This document shows positions 10,572 through 21,742 of a stretch of DNA of 64,000 nt, in pieces; positions within the stretch are counted from its first letter, which is position 1, and every line of letters begins with the position of its first letter. Below the pieces are notes generated by a model, which saw nothing but the letters and a program-made list of their open reading frames with translations, was not told the DNA's origin and did not search any database. A program made the translations under genes and the position numbers. Source of the stretch: an uncultured cyanobacterium (lineage in GTDB: Bacteria > Cyanobacteriota > Cyanobacteriia > Cyanobacteriales > Cyanobacteriaceae); NCBI GenBank assembly GCA_963710605.1, contig CAVQBA010000006.1:832001-896000 (forward strand), read 5' to 3'.

Positions 10572-11739
10572 TTATTTGTGCATAGCCTTAGCCAACTCAG
10601 CCGCTACAGGAGGGCGAGAAAACTGAGGAGGTGGCAACTCACCATTACGTAACATTTCTCTTACTTTAGTACCTGAAAGGTGAATACGCTCATCTTTAGT
10701 CGCAGGGCTAGTTTTAGAAGTCGCCATTTGTTCTGTACGAGTACAATAAAAAGCGTGTTCAAACTTCATTGGTGTAATACCCATTTCTTCAGGTTTGAAC
10801 TTATCAAAAATCAACTGAGCATCATAAGTACCATAATAGTCACCAACACCCGCATGATCTCTACCAACAATAAAGTGAGTACAACCGTAGTTTTTACGAA
10901 TTAAAGCATGGAAAATCGCTTCTCTAGGTTCATGCGTAACGCATCGCTGAAGGATTAATAGCTAAGATAACTCTTTCTTGAGGGAAGAATTGATCCATCA
11001 TGATTTCGTAACAACGCATTCTGACATCTGCGGGAATATCATCACTTTTAGTCGCACCAACTAATGGATGTAAAAATAAACCATCAACTGTTTCTAAAGC
11101 ACATTTAATGATATATTCGTGTGCACGGTGAATAGGATTACGGGTTTGGAAACCAACCACAGTCTTCCAACCTCTTTCGACAAAAAGTTTACGTGACTCA
11201 GCAGGATCGATTTGATACTTAGGAAATAAGGGGTCAGCATCTCTTTCTAGTAACCAAACTGGACCTGCTAGATTGATTTCACCTTGATCGTAAACAACTT
11301 TAACACCAGGGTGTTTTTCATCATCAGTGCCGTAAACGTTATTTGCTTCATGAGCTTTGTTGTAACGGTATTTTTGAGTTAATTCTAAAACACCAACAAA
11401 ACGACCATCAGCATCGTCTAAACGAATCCAACTACCTTCTTCTAAGGGAGCGGCTGTTTCTTGGCTTACACAAAGCGTAACAGGTACAGACCAAGGTAAG
11501 TCGTTAACTAAACGCATTTCCTCAACTACTCTTTCGTAGTCGTCTTGCTCCATAAAACCATTAAGGGGGCTAAAACCACCGATCGCAATCATGACTAAGT
11601 CAGAGACTGCACGTTTATCTAGTTGTACACGGGGTAATTTGTCTGCTTGGTCTAAAAACTCTTGTTTTTCAGCACCAGAAGCAATACGATTAACTAAAGT
11701 CCCGCCATGAGCTGGGATAGTTTCGACAGCAGTACTCAT
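10572..11739 (-). pseudogene. sat: Sulfate adenylyltransferase with a +1 frameshift near 10930 (possibly a sequencing error)
   Basis: [18 protein letters not shown] then frame change to [29 protein letters not shown]; span 1168 nt = 3n+1. Confidence 0.92.
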
Positions 11740-11904
11740 AAAAATTTATTCTAAATTCAATCAATATATTCAGGTCTTATCCTACCAAGCAACATTACAA
11801 TTGACAATTGCGATGATATCCTGTGTAACTCGAAAGATGGATATAGAATGTCCACCAACAAAACAATTAAATTAAATTTTCGTTTGATAAATAGCGATAA
11901 TATT

Positions 11905-12945
11905 ATGCAATTACAACGTCTTTGGCAAACTTTAACTTTTTTTGAGGTTATTCCTTTTTTAAGTTGTCTGCGTCAGTTTTTTAGTGGTAATCAATCAACA
12001 CAATCTTCTACTCGATCGAATATGAATTATATTTTACTTATTGACAATAATAGCGATTTTGCTCAAAAAACCATCACCGATTTAACTAACCGTATTACTA
12101 CTAATAATCTTCGTATCGTTACAACTAATTCTAATTTGGCTACTAACGAATCGGTAGAGATAGTAAATTCAAAACTCGACGAGCAAAACTTGACAGCAGG
12201 AGTCTTAGAAGGAGTAGAAACGATCGTCTCTTTTCCTCAAGCTAATATCGATCGATTTATTGAAATGGTGAATCGTAATCTCAACCCTAGTGAAATGATT
12301 CTCTGTTACTTTGAACAACAGAATCAAGATTTAAGTAATCTTTGGGGGGCAGTCGATGATGTTGTTATGGGTGGAGTGAGTGATAGTAGTTTGAGATTAA
12401 AAGAAAAAACAGCTCTTTTTACAGGAATTGTTTCTACTGATAATAATGGTGGTTTTGCCTCAGTGAGAACAAAAAACTTTAATCCGCCTTGGGATTTGTC
12501 TGCTTATCAAGGAATTAGATTAAGAATTCAAGGTGACGGTCAGCGATACAAATTTATTACCCGTTGTGAAGGTAAATGGGATGGTGTAAGCTATTGTTAT
12601 TCTTTTGATACGATCGCTAATGTCTGGATGACGATCGATGTACCTTTTAGTGATCTAATACCCGTATTCAGAGCAAAAACTGTATCCGATGCAGGGCAAT
12701 TTGATTCTTCTAAAGTATATGCCTTACAACTGATGCTGAGTAAATTTGAATACGATGGTGGTTATAATCCTAGTTTTCGTGCTGGTGCGTTTTGTTTAGA
12801 AATTGAATCAATTAAAAGCTACGGTAAGGAAGATTCACCGCAATTAGTTTTGATGGGTGATGTAAATACATGGAATAGTTATTCGACGAACACCAATTTA
12901 TTGAAAGTTTACGCCGAGCAAGTAGAAGACTTAGATATGATTTGA
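11905..12945 (+). CDS. CIA30 family protein
   Basis: WGAVDDVVMGGVS, VSTDNNGGFASVR, GDGQRYKF, LMLSKFEYDG; start may be 11848. Confidence 0.88.
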   Translation: MQLQRLWQTLTFFEVIPFLSCLRQFFSGNQSTQSSTRSNMNYILLIDNNSDFAQKTITDLTNRITTNNLRIVTTNSNLATNESVEIVNSKLDEQNLTAGVLEGVETIVSFPQANIDRFIEMVNRNLNPSEMILCYFEQQNQDLSNLWGAVDDVVMGGVSDSSLRLKEKTALFTGIVSTDNNGGFASVRTKNFNPPWDLSAYQGIRLRIQGDGQRYKFITRCEGKWDGVSYCYSFDTIANVWMTIDVPFSDLIPVFRAKTVSDAGQFDSSKVYALQLMLSKFEYDGGYNPSFRAGAFCLEIESIKSYGKEDSPQLVLMGDVNTWNSYSTNTNLLKVYAEQVEDLDMI

Positions 12946-13163
12946 GTGAATAATTAATTAAGTTTAGTTGATTTTGTAGGGAAAGGTTAAGCCTTGAAAA
13001 CTTTGAGGCATAAACGATCGCTCAAGAAAGTGAAATCCAACAACCGACGTTAAAGACGTAACTTGATTGATAATGGGTTACGGCTAAATTATTAATGAAT
13101 AGTTGAAGTTGGTAATGAATAATTACCTAACCCATCCTACGACTAATTATTAATTATCAATTA

Positions 13164-14297
13164 TTAGTTGTACCATATATTTTCTATTTGAGTAATCATA
13201 TTTTGAGCTTCAACTTCTAATTCATTCGGTGAGGTAGAGTTGAGTAAAGCGGTGACATGACCGAGTTTTCTTCCTTCACGAGACTCTGTTTTGCCATACC
13301 AATGGACAAACGCCCCTAATTCTTCGATTGATTTTCGTTTAGTTAAATAATCATCTGTAGAAGATTCGTAACCCAAAAGATTCACCATCACCGCCCCTGA
13401 AGATTTTAAATTGGTGTTTCCCAAAGGTTTACCCGTAATCGCTTGTAACTGCATCGCAAATTGAGACGTTTGGCAAGCATCAAGGGTGTAATGTCCAGAA
13501 TTATGAGTACGAGGGGCAATTTCGTTAATTAGTATGTCTCCTGAGGTGGTGAGAAATAACTCGATACCTAAAACACCGACATAATCTAAACTTTCGACTA
13601 ACTTAGTAGCGATCGAATTAATATAATCTACTTGATTCAAATCTAACTCGGTTGGTGCGATTACCCAACGACAAACTTGATTGTGTTGATATGTTTGTAC
13701 GATCGGAAATATTTTGATTTCTCCTGTCACACTACGAGCTACAACTACCGCTAATTCTCGATCGAAATTAACAAATTCTTCAATTAATAAAGCAGTCTCT
13801 TTAAATTTAGCTAAAATATTATTTAACTCATCGATCGAATCTACAATGACAGTACCTTGTCCATCATAACCATGACGACGAGCTTTCAAAACTAAAGGAA
13901 AAGAAAAATTATTAAAATCATCATCGTGATTGTAAGCCGAAAATTGAGGTACGGGTAAATTATTTTCCACAAAAAAACAACGTTGCTCGTATTTATCTAA
14001 TAAAGAAAGCAAACTAGAGACACGAGGATAAAAACAAACACCTTTATCTGCTAATTTTTGTAATTGGGCTAAATCAACAAATTCATTTTCAAAAGTAATT
14101 ACATCGCAATGATGGGCTAACTCCGCTGTAGTGGTATATGAATCTACTTCTCCATAAATAACCCCTGTCGCTAAATCTACCGCCGAATCTTCTTCACTCG
14201 GGGTTTGCACCCATAATTGAATATTTTGGGCTGGGGCAACTTGTGCCATCATCCATGCTAACTGCCCACCACCTATCACCCCGACTTTCTTTTTCAT
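13164..14297 (-). CDS. purK: 5-(carboxyamino)imidazole ribonucleotide synthase
   Basis: GVIGGGQLAWM, ITFENEF, GYDGQG, NEIAPRTHNSGH, WYGK...GRKLGHVT. Confidence 0.96.
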   Translation of the reverse strand: MKKKVGVIGGGQLAWMMAQVAPAQNIQLWVQTPSEEDSAVDLATGVIYGEVDSYTTTAELAHHCDVITFENEFVDLAQLQKLADKGVCFYPRVSSLLSLLDKYEQRCFFVENNLPVPQFSAYNHDDDFNNFSFPLVLKARRHGYDGQGTVIVDSIDELNNILAKFKETALLIEEFVNFDRELAVVVARSVTGEIKIFPIVQTYQHNQVCRWVIAPTELDLNQVDYINSIATKLVESLDYVGVLGIELFLTTSGDILINEIAPRTHNSGHYTLDACQTSQFAMQLQAITGKPLGNTNLKSSGAVMVNLLGYESSTDDYLTKRKSIEELGAFVHWYGKTESREGRKLGHVTALLNSTSPNELEVEAQNMITQIENIWYN

Positions 14298-14490
14298 CTT
14301 TTGCTACAATTACTAAATTCGGTCATTGTTACTTTGAGATTTTACCAAATAATGGAACGAAGATTATAATATAGTGTGAAGAATACTTTGGCTGATGCTC
14401 AGTCTAAATAAAAGAGGAAAACGAAAAAATGATTTTAACATTATTCATTATTAATTATTTTCGTTAGCAACATATTCAAGACAGGAAAAA

Positions 14491-15132
14491 ATGGAATCGA
14501 TATTAGCTGAAGCTTTTGATACATATAACCGTTACAGTGGCTGGATTGTTTGGAATTTATTTTTAGCATTCATTCCTTTAGTGCTAAGTGTTTGGTTGTT
14601 TTTAAGAAACTCACGAAAACGATTGTTTCCTTGGTGGATAACCTATATTATCTTTATCCTATTTTTACCTAATGCCGCTTATTTACTCACCGATATTATC
14701 CATTTGATTGACGCTATTCGAGGTAACTATTCTATTTGGGTTACTACCTTGATTTTTATTCCTTTACACTTATTAGCTATTTTTGCTGGGTGGGAAGCTT
14801 ATGTTATTTCGGTGATTAATCAAAGTCATTATCTACGCAGACAAGGTGCTAGAAAATTTATTATCTGGAGTGAATTACTTACTCATGCTTTATCAGCACT
14901 TGGTATTTTTCTTGGTCGATTTCGTCGTTTTAACAGTTGGGATTTAGTCACTAAGCCCGATGTTTTGTTTATGTCTGCTATTGGCGACTTAACTAGCCGA
15001 AAACCTTTATTAGTTATTATGATAACCTTTATTGTCTTGACTGTTTTATATTGGTTAACTAAACAAGTGACATTAGGATTAATGCTACGTCTAAAACAAT
15101 TTTTATCTAGTCTCGAAAGAAAAAATGGCTAA
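14491..15132 (+). CDS. DUF1361 membrane protein
   Basis: WNLFLAFIP, FLPNAAYLLTDIIHL, LGRFRRFNSWD. Confidence 0.88.
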   Translation: MESILAEAFDTYNRYSGWIVWNLFLAFIPLVLSVWLFLRNSRKRLFPWWITYIIFILFLPNAAYLLTDIIHLIDAIRGNYSIWVTTLIFIPLHLLAIFAGWEAYVISVINQSHYLRRQGARKFIIWSELLTHALSALGIFLGRFRRFNSWDLVTKPDVLFMSAIGDLTSRKPLLVIMITFIVLTVLYWLTKQVTLGLMLRLKQFLSSLERKNG

Positions 15133-15375
15133 GAGCAAATTAAAATTGATTAAACCAAAATATGTAGTTAAAAACTGTATTCAAGAAAACAGCAAAAAAA
15201 GTAGATAATTATTAAGACAAGGTATTCCTTGTCTCGACGTTTACCTACTTTCTGTATTATCTTGCTTAAGTTAAAGGTTAGGATACTCGATCGTTTCATC
15301 TTCACAAAAGAAAATACGATCGATTACTACTTTGCCTTTAAAGCAAAAAACGGATGTTGCCATTTCTTTTAATAA

Positions 15376-15449
<74 letters not shown>

Positions 15450-15718
15450 ACGGTATTTACTAGTATAACCAGTCTTTTTGTTTTTGACAACCCTAATTTT
15501 AAAATAGCTCTTTTGAAAGTATTTTTGAACGAAAAATCAAAGGGCACTCGTGCAAAGGTAATTTAAAAAATAGCACCGTTACTATCATTAAAATCCAATA
15601 CACCATTGATTTTTTTAGTAAATAACAGACACACACATCATAGGGTATGACCGCAATTATCAAAAACCAGCGTAAAATAGATGGAGTTATTCGATTATTT
15701 AGTTTTACTGATTTACTC

Positions 15719-16618
15719 ATGACAATACTGTCTCCTGATATTATTCAAGAAGCCGAAAAACTGACCGAATCTACATCTGTCGATTTATTTGAGCAAATCA
15801 AGTCGATTGCAATAACTACTCCTTTAAGTAATAATTCGATCGAGACGAGTTATGTTGTAGTGGGAAATGAAGATAATCCCCCGATACTTTTATTACATGG
15901 TTTTGATAGCTCATTAATGGAATATCGTCGCTTGTTACCTTTATTGAGCGAAAATTATCGAGTATGGCTAGTTGATTTATTCGGTTTTGGTTTTACCGGG
16001 CGTCAGGTTAATATTCCTTATTCTCCTGCTAGTATTAAAACACATCTGTATAGTTTTTGGACACAAACTATCGCACTTCCAGTTATCTTAGTTGGTGCAT
16101 CTATGGGGGGTGCAACTGCTATTGATTTTACTCTCACTTATCCATCTGCGGTTAGTAAACTAATTTTGTTAGATAGTGTTGGTTTGACAAATCAACCAAT
16201 TATGAGTAAATTTTTGTTTCCGCCTTTAGGTTTTTTCGCCACCGAATTTTTAAGAAATCTCAAAGTTAGACAAAGTATAAGTAAAAATGCTTACTTCGAT
16301 CGTGATTTTGCCAGTGTTGATGCTTTGCGATGTGCCGCCTTACATTTACTCTGCGAAAATTGGAATCTTGCTTTAATCTCCTTTACTAAAAGTGGTGGTT
16401 ATGGCTCATTTGCCGAGAATTTACCCAAACTAAATTTACCAACTTTGATTTTATGGGGCAAGCAGGACAAAATTTTAGGAATCAAACCAGCGAATAGATT
16501 TCAAGAATTAATACCTCAAGCTAAATTTGCTTGGATAGATGATTGTGGACACGTGCCTCATTTAGAAAAGCCAGAAATTACTGCTCAACAGATATTGAAT
16601 TTTGTTCCTGCTAATTAA
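15719..16618 (+). CDS. Alpha/beta fold hydrolase
   Basis: LLHGFDSS, GASMGG nucleophile elbow, WG.QD, CGHVPHLE; ORF can extend to 15647. Confidence 0.9.
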   Translation: MTILSPDIIQEAEKLTESTSVDLFEQIKSIAITTPLSNNSIETSYVVVGNEDNPPILLLHGFDSSLMEYRRLLPLLSENYRVWLVDLFGFGFTGRQVNIPYSPASIKTHLYSFWTQTIALPVILVGASMGGATAIDFTLTYPSAVSKLILLDSVGLTNQPIMSKFLFPPLGFFATEFLRNLKVRQSISKNAYFDRDFASVDALRCAALHLLCENWNLALISFTKSGGYGSFAENLPKLNLPTLILWGKQDKILGIKPANRFQELIPQAKFAWIDDCGHVPHLEKPEITAQQILNFVPAN

Positions 16619-16700
16619 AACAGATCAAGGTTTAAAAGAGATTTATCTTGCTTTTATGAGAAACAATCGTTATAATGATATATGCAAGTAAAATGCAATT

Positions 16701-16771
16701 GCGGGTATAGTTTAGTGGTAAAACCATAGCCTTCCAAGCTATTGATGGGGGTTCGATTCCGCCTACCCGCT
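16701..16771 (+). tRNA. tRNA-Gly (TCC)
   Basis: GCGGGTA..TACCCGC acceptor stem, anticodon loop CTTCCAA, GTTCGATT T-loop; one G:G mismatch in T-stem. Confidence 0.93.
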
Positions 16772-17170
16772 TAGTCAAGCTAAATTATTTAGGATAGTTT
16801 TGAATTTTTGAAAGTAAAAACTCGAAAAAGTAATTAAGACAATATAAAACAAAAATAACCATCCAAAGCGTCTTTAAGCTTCTGGATAGGTTTAGTTTTT
16901 TCTGCCTGTATGTATAGACTTATATTCTTTTCCAAAAATAAGTCATCACTTTGCTATTTTAGAAAACGATCGTTCAAAATACAATTGATATTTTCTACTC
17001 TCTTTCTCAGGGCGGATTAAGAAGAGATAGGAAAGACGAGTGAGGGGTTGATAATAAGCAAAAAAAGTATGTGTAATCATCAACTCATTTAGCTATAGTT
17101 GTTTTTTTCTCTTCAATATAAATATAATACGGTTTGACCATAATTCTTACTCCAAGATACAAAAGAAAAA

Positions 17171-19066
17171 ATGATTTATTTAATGCAAGTTAGTTTTGGT
17201 GCTACTTTCTTAGCGGTTAGTCTTGGTTTAGGCGGTAAACTACTTAGTTTGTGGAAATCTTCAACTAACTCAAATTATTTACCATTTATCTTAATTCATT
17301 TTTATGGTTTTATCTATCTAGCAACCATAACTGTTGTTTACTCAACATTATTATTTGTCTTCGGAATTTATTTGCCTAATTGGGTTACTTTACTAATTTT
17401 ATTTTTACCTTTATTAATTGCCATTAGCAAACTGGGCATCTCCCATAAATCGATTAGTTTACCCACAGTTTTACTTTCTTTTCTCTCTCTATGGTTTTGT
17501 ATGTTTTTAGCTGGATTACCCTATTGTGGTAATTTGACGGCTGATATCGGTTATTACTTTCCTGCTAATGACAACCATGATATATTTGCCTATTTAATTC
17601 GAGCTAGTTTTCTTTCATCAAATATTAGTCATTTACCCTCAACTCTTAATGGTATTCCGATGGAAGAATTCATGTTGAATATTTCCTCAAAGTTTTCAGC
17701 CAGTTATATTCTCTCATTTTTATCGGTACTCTCAAAAGATTATGGATTAGTATCAGGAATGGGTATAGTGTTTGTCAAAGGATTACTGATTCATCTACTA
17801 TCTTTTGGGCTAAATCGTTCGCAAATAAAAGATTTAAAGTCTTGGTTGATAGCGATTATTATTGCTCTTCTGCCACTGGTGACTTGGTTACAGTCTTGGT
17901 ATTATCTCTCGCAATTATTTTTTATTTATGCTTCAATTTTGATAATCTTGGTTGATTGGCAATTATCTAAAAATCTTGGTAAAGACAATATTTTGTCGAT
18001 GATTGTCATTTTTATTTTGGCAATATATTTTACTCTTATGTATCCTGCCGCTATTTTTCCTTTATTATTAATTATTTCAATAGAATCAATTATCTCAAAC
18101 AGAAAACTAAATATTTTTGCTAAACAAAGAAAGATGATTCTACTACTTAGCCTTAGTTGTTTGTTTATTATAGGGATAAGTTTTTTTAAATATACTGAAC
18201 TTAATACACATATTACGTTTGATTATTTTTCTGTTTCTTATTTATCTTTATTAGGACAAATTTGGCAAGATAATTCTAATTTACAAGTCTTGTGGCAAAG
18301 TAAAGATATCGGTTTGAAAAATCAGTTTATAGGTTTATTTAGGGATGTTATCTATTTATCGATCGCTTTTTTTACGGTTAAAAAGTTTGTTTTTCATAAG
18401 TACTTTTTACAAATTAATTTGATTATCAAAGCTTTAATTACTAGTTGGCTATTTTATCAGTTGATTTTTTTTCTTTCTGATGCAAATTATAGAGCATTCA
18501 AATTCGGGTCAACATTTATAACTATTTTTAGCTTACTATTATTATCAACATTTTTAATTACAGCCAAAGATAATATTAGACGTTTGATTATACCAATTTT
18601 ATTGTTATTTTTAGCGATAAACTTTATTCCTTTTTTTAACATCAAATGGAATAATTCTTTTAGCAAGGAAGAAGTGAGAGTCGTGAATGAAATGATGAAA
18701 TCTACCAATAAAATAATTATTAGTGATATACCAAAGTATTATGTAAATATGATGCTGACTTTGAAGATAGAAAAAAGAGACTTATATATTCTAGGAAATA
18801 GCTATTATATTTATCAATTAAATTCTAATGATCAATTATGTTATCACGCTGATCAAGAGCAGATAATTGTTTATTATGAAGATGATTCACCCACTGCTAA
18901 CATAATAGAAGCTGATCAAGTTATTAGCGATCGTTTTTATTCGGCTGAACTTGATCGACAAAGCTGTTATGATTGGGCTTCACAGTATCCACAAATAACT
19001 AATAAAACAGCTCCAATTTATCAAAATGAGCAAAATATCGAGACTTTGTTTCAAAAGATATTTTAG
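17171..19066 (+). CDS. Polytopic membrane protein, possibly a GT-C-fold glycosyltransferase
   Basis: Many TM segments, acidic loop motif NDNHD after the first TMs, soluble C-terminal tail; very AT-rich. Confidence 0.5.
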   Translation: MIYLMQVSFGATFLAVSLGLGGKLLSLWKSSTNSNYLPFILIHFYGFIYLATITVVYSTLLFVFGIYLPNWVTLLILFLPLLIAISKLGISHKSISLPTVLLSFLSLWFCMFLAGLPYCGNLTADIGYYFPANDNHDIFAYLIRASFLSSNISHLPSTLNGIPMEEFMLNISSKFSASYILSFLSVLSKDYGLVSGMGIVFVKGLLIHLLSFGLNRSQIKDLKSWLIAIIIALLPLVTWLQSWYYLSQLFFIYASILIILVDWQLSKNLGKDNILSMIVIFILAIYFTLMYPAAIFPLLLIISIESIISNRKLNIFAKQRKMILLLSLSCLFIIGISFFKYTELNTHITFDYFSVSYLSLLGQIWQDNSNLQVLWQSKDIGLKNQFIGLFRDVIYLSIAFFTVKKFVFHKYFLQINLIIKALITSWLFYQLIFFLSDANYRAFKFGSTFITIFSLLLLSTFLITAKDNIRRLIIPILLLFLAINFIPFFNIKWNNSFSKEEVRVVNEMMKSTNKIIISDIPKYYVNMMLTLKIEKRDLYILGNSYYIYQLNSNDQLCYHADQEQIIVYYEDDSPTANIIEADQVISDRFYSAELDRQSCYDWASQYPQITNKTAPIYQNEQNIETLFQKIF

Positions 19067-19119
19067 CAAATTTAAATCGAATAACTGCAACAATTAATCA
19101 CTAATTGATTAAGCAATAA

Positions 19120-19968
19120 TCAAAAATTTCCCTCAGCGACTTGAAATACAGTTAAACCTAAACTACGCCACATATCAACTACTTGATTACGATCGTCGAG
19201 AATAAATTTGATATTATATTGAGGACGAATTAATTGTTCGTATATTTCTTGCTTGATGATTGAATCTTTTCGCATATCACCAGATGCGCGCATATACAAA
19301 GCCGTATAATTAACTTTATATTCTCGTAACCATTTTTGGGTTAATTCTTTACCATCATCTGTACGCCCAGATAAAATGATAATTTTGGCACTATCTTGCC
19401 ATTTTGCTACGGTTTCTAAAACAGGTTGGTTAGGTAAATCTCGATCGCATTTAGATACATCAAAAGGACTTCGATCGCCCATTAGTGCTAAAGTACCATC
19501 CATGTCAACAATAATAGCATCTTCAAGTTCAGGGTTGTATTCTGGTAGTGCAGTTGGTTTAGCCACGAATTGATAATACATATTTAAAATGACATCTTTA
19601 CCCACAGAATTTGTTCTTTTTAAATCTCTTTTAATACATTCTTCTACAGGCACATCTAAAAAAGAATTATCTACTTTTACTTCTGCTTTACCTTTAACTA
19701 ATTGGCTAATTTGTGCAATATGAGTACTAAAATTGGTATCATCAATAATGACGTGTTTACCTTCTTCTAACGCCATTAAAATAATTTGATTTCTTAATTT
19801 AATAATAAATTTTTCGTTACTTTTCGTCCAATGAGAAGCATGACACATTTCTCTAAGCAAATCTTTATTTACTCGTAGCCAACGCCCTTTTTCTTTTAAT
19901 AACAATTCTTTGGCATAAGTTGATTTTCCTGACGCAGGTAAACCTTGTAAAATCACAACTTTCTTCAT
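19120..19968 (-). CDS. T4 PseT-like polynucleotide 5'-kinase / 3'-phosphatase
   Basis: N-terminal P-loop GLPASGKS, NKDLLR, IIDDTN; C-terminal HAD DMDGTLA, SGR, MR..D.RKD, DDRNQVVDMWR. Confidence 0.92.
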   Translation of the reverse strand: MKKVVILQGLPASGKSTYAKELLLKEKGRWLRVNKDLLREMCHASHWTKSNEKFIIKLRNQIILMALEEGKHVIIDDTNFSTHIAQISQLVKGKAEVKVDNSFLDVPVEECIKRDLKRTNSVGKDVILNMYYQFVAKPTALPEYNPELEDAIIVDMDGTLALMGDRSPFDVSKCDRDLPNQPVLETVAKWQDSAKIIILSGRTDDGKELTQKWLREYKVNYTALYMRASGDMRKDSIIKQEIYEQLIRPQYNIKFILDDRNQVVDMWRSLGLTVFQVAEGNF

Positions 19969-20100
19969 TATTTCTTTACTCCTAATTACTTTTTATTTTA
20001 TATCTCAATTACGATCGTTTTAATCTTACTTCCCTTGTAATGAATTACAAAGCTAACAGATATCATTTAATAAATTAAACTCAGATTAAATAACCATAAT

Positions 20101-21210
20101 CTAATTATCAATTGATGAAGAATTATTACCACTTAAATCAATATTTTCTATCTCTAATAATTGCTCTATTTTAGGTAAACTAGTTTTTATTAAAGCTTCT
20201 TTTATTGTCGGCGATTTTTTTGCTCTCAGGGCAAACAAAACACCACTATAAGGTAAATGTTTAATTGACATGGCAAAATCTTTTTGTAACTCGATCGAGC
20301 TATATTGATTATAATCAGTTTCTATTTTTTTGACTAATTTATCATACTTACTTTCAATTTCTTGATAATAATCTTGCCATTCAGGATAATAACTCAAAAA
20401 TTCATCACCTTCATGATTAACAATAATTGATAACATTTTACGAGTCGAAAAACTCGATCGAAAATGAGCCATTGCTACATATTGAGATGATTTCACCTTC
20501 ACCCGACGAAAATCATCATCACAAATTACATAACCTTCAGCTTCGATTGGTGGCAATTTTTCCGCTGAATTAACAATATCTTGCCAATTAGATAAAGAAA
20601 AAGTTTTAACTAAATTAAAACCATATTTTTCTGCCCAAGATTGTGGTTTTTCTTCTTGTAAAGTCGAGATATTTCTTACTCCGTGTAAAACCAAATTATT
20701 AGTTAATTGTTGCACCACAATTCGATTATAAGGAGTCATTAATTCAAAGACAAAACAATAGTCTTTTTCTTCAGGTAACGTATAACCTAACTCATGCCAA
20801 ACTCGCCAAAATAAATCAGCAAAACTAAATTTAAAACCATTAACCTCACCGCTACCATCAGCCGTACCACTAGATTGTACTTGCCATTGACCATCATAAT
20901 AGTAAAGTACCATCAAAGAGCCATCTAATTTATCATAAACGATCGCACTCTCCCAATCGATTGTTGAGGCATTAATTTCACCATAATTAAAAAATTTGTC
21001 ATAAGCATAAGAAACAACCTGCCAATTTTCTTTTTCATTCAGAATAATTCCTCGGCATTGTTGAGCCACAATTTCACTCATCGGTGATTCTATTTGCGAA
21101 TATTTAAGACAGACTAAATGAGGATATTTTTGGTGGCGATTTACTTTGATTTTATACTCTTCCTCTAATTTTTCTAATCCATTTTCTCGTAAATATTTTT
21201 GTAATTCCAT
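20101..21210 (-). CDS. T4 Rnl1 (RnlA)-family RNA ligase
   Basis: CRGIIL, KFFNYGE, motif I KLDGS, FELMTPYNRIVV, EGYVI, VKVKS..Y. Confidence 0.88.
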   Translation of the reverse strand: MELQKYLRENGLEKLEEEYKIKVNRHQKYPHLVCLKYSQIESPMSEIVAQQCRGIILNEKENWQVVSYAYDKFFNYGEINASTIDWESAIVYDKLDGSLMVLYYYDGQWQVQSSGTADGSGEVNGFKFSFADLFWRVWHELGYTLPEEKDYCFVFELMTPYNRIVVQQLTNNLVLHGVRNISTLQEEKPQSWAEKYGFNLVKTFSLSNWQDIVNSAEKLPPIEAEGYVICDDDFRRVKVKSSQYVAMAHFRSSFSTRKMLSIIVNHEGDEFLSYYPEWQDYYQEIESKYDKLVKKIETDYNQYSSIELQKDFAMSIKHLPYSGVLFALRAKKSPTIKEALIKTSLPKIEQLLEIENIDLSGNNSSSIDN

Positions 21211-21230
21211 CTTTTTTATTAGTTAACTAT

Positions 21231-21338
21231 TATAGCAATTGTTAGTATTATGAAGCACATATCGATCCCCCTAAATCCCCCTTATTAAGGGGGACTTACT
21301 ATTTTTTGTTGTACCTCGTAAGTATGGGAAAAGCTATA
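21231..21338 (+). mobile_element. Miniature inverted-repeat element, copy 1 (108 bp)
   Basis: Ends TATAGCAATT...TGTACCTC...AAAGCTATA with internal CCCCCTAAATCCCCCTTATTAAGGGGGACTT palindrome; related copies at 49915 and 57155. Confidence 0.7.
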
Positions 21339-21742
21339 ACTATTAATCTTATTCTTTTTGTTAGTCTCAGAAATAAAAGTTTAAATACTTCATAAAAAGC
21401 AAAACTAATTAAACTAAATTAATAAAAAATATCTATTCTTACTTTACATTTTTTAAAACTAACATTAAAAAAAACTTATAAAAGTAGCCTTGGCTTACTT
21501 TCTATCCAATAATTAATAATTTTACATAAATTTATTTTTTATTTTGTTATTTACTTTTATAATTTTTGATGAAGAGATAGTTTTAGAATTTTGAGTTCTT
21601 ATAATATTGTTTGACATTGAGCCTTAACTAAAAAAACTAGATTGTAAGATTTTAACTTACTAGTTAACTCGTCAATTCACGATCGAACAATATTTTAAAT
21701 TATCTTGTCATTCAACCAAATTAGATTAACATTCTTACGCCA

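Noticed and set aside
19120-21210. Prophage
   Set aside because: No integrase, terminase, capsid or tail genes nearby.
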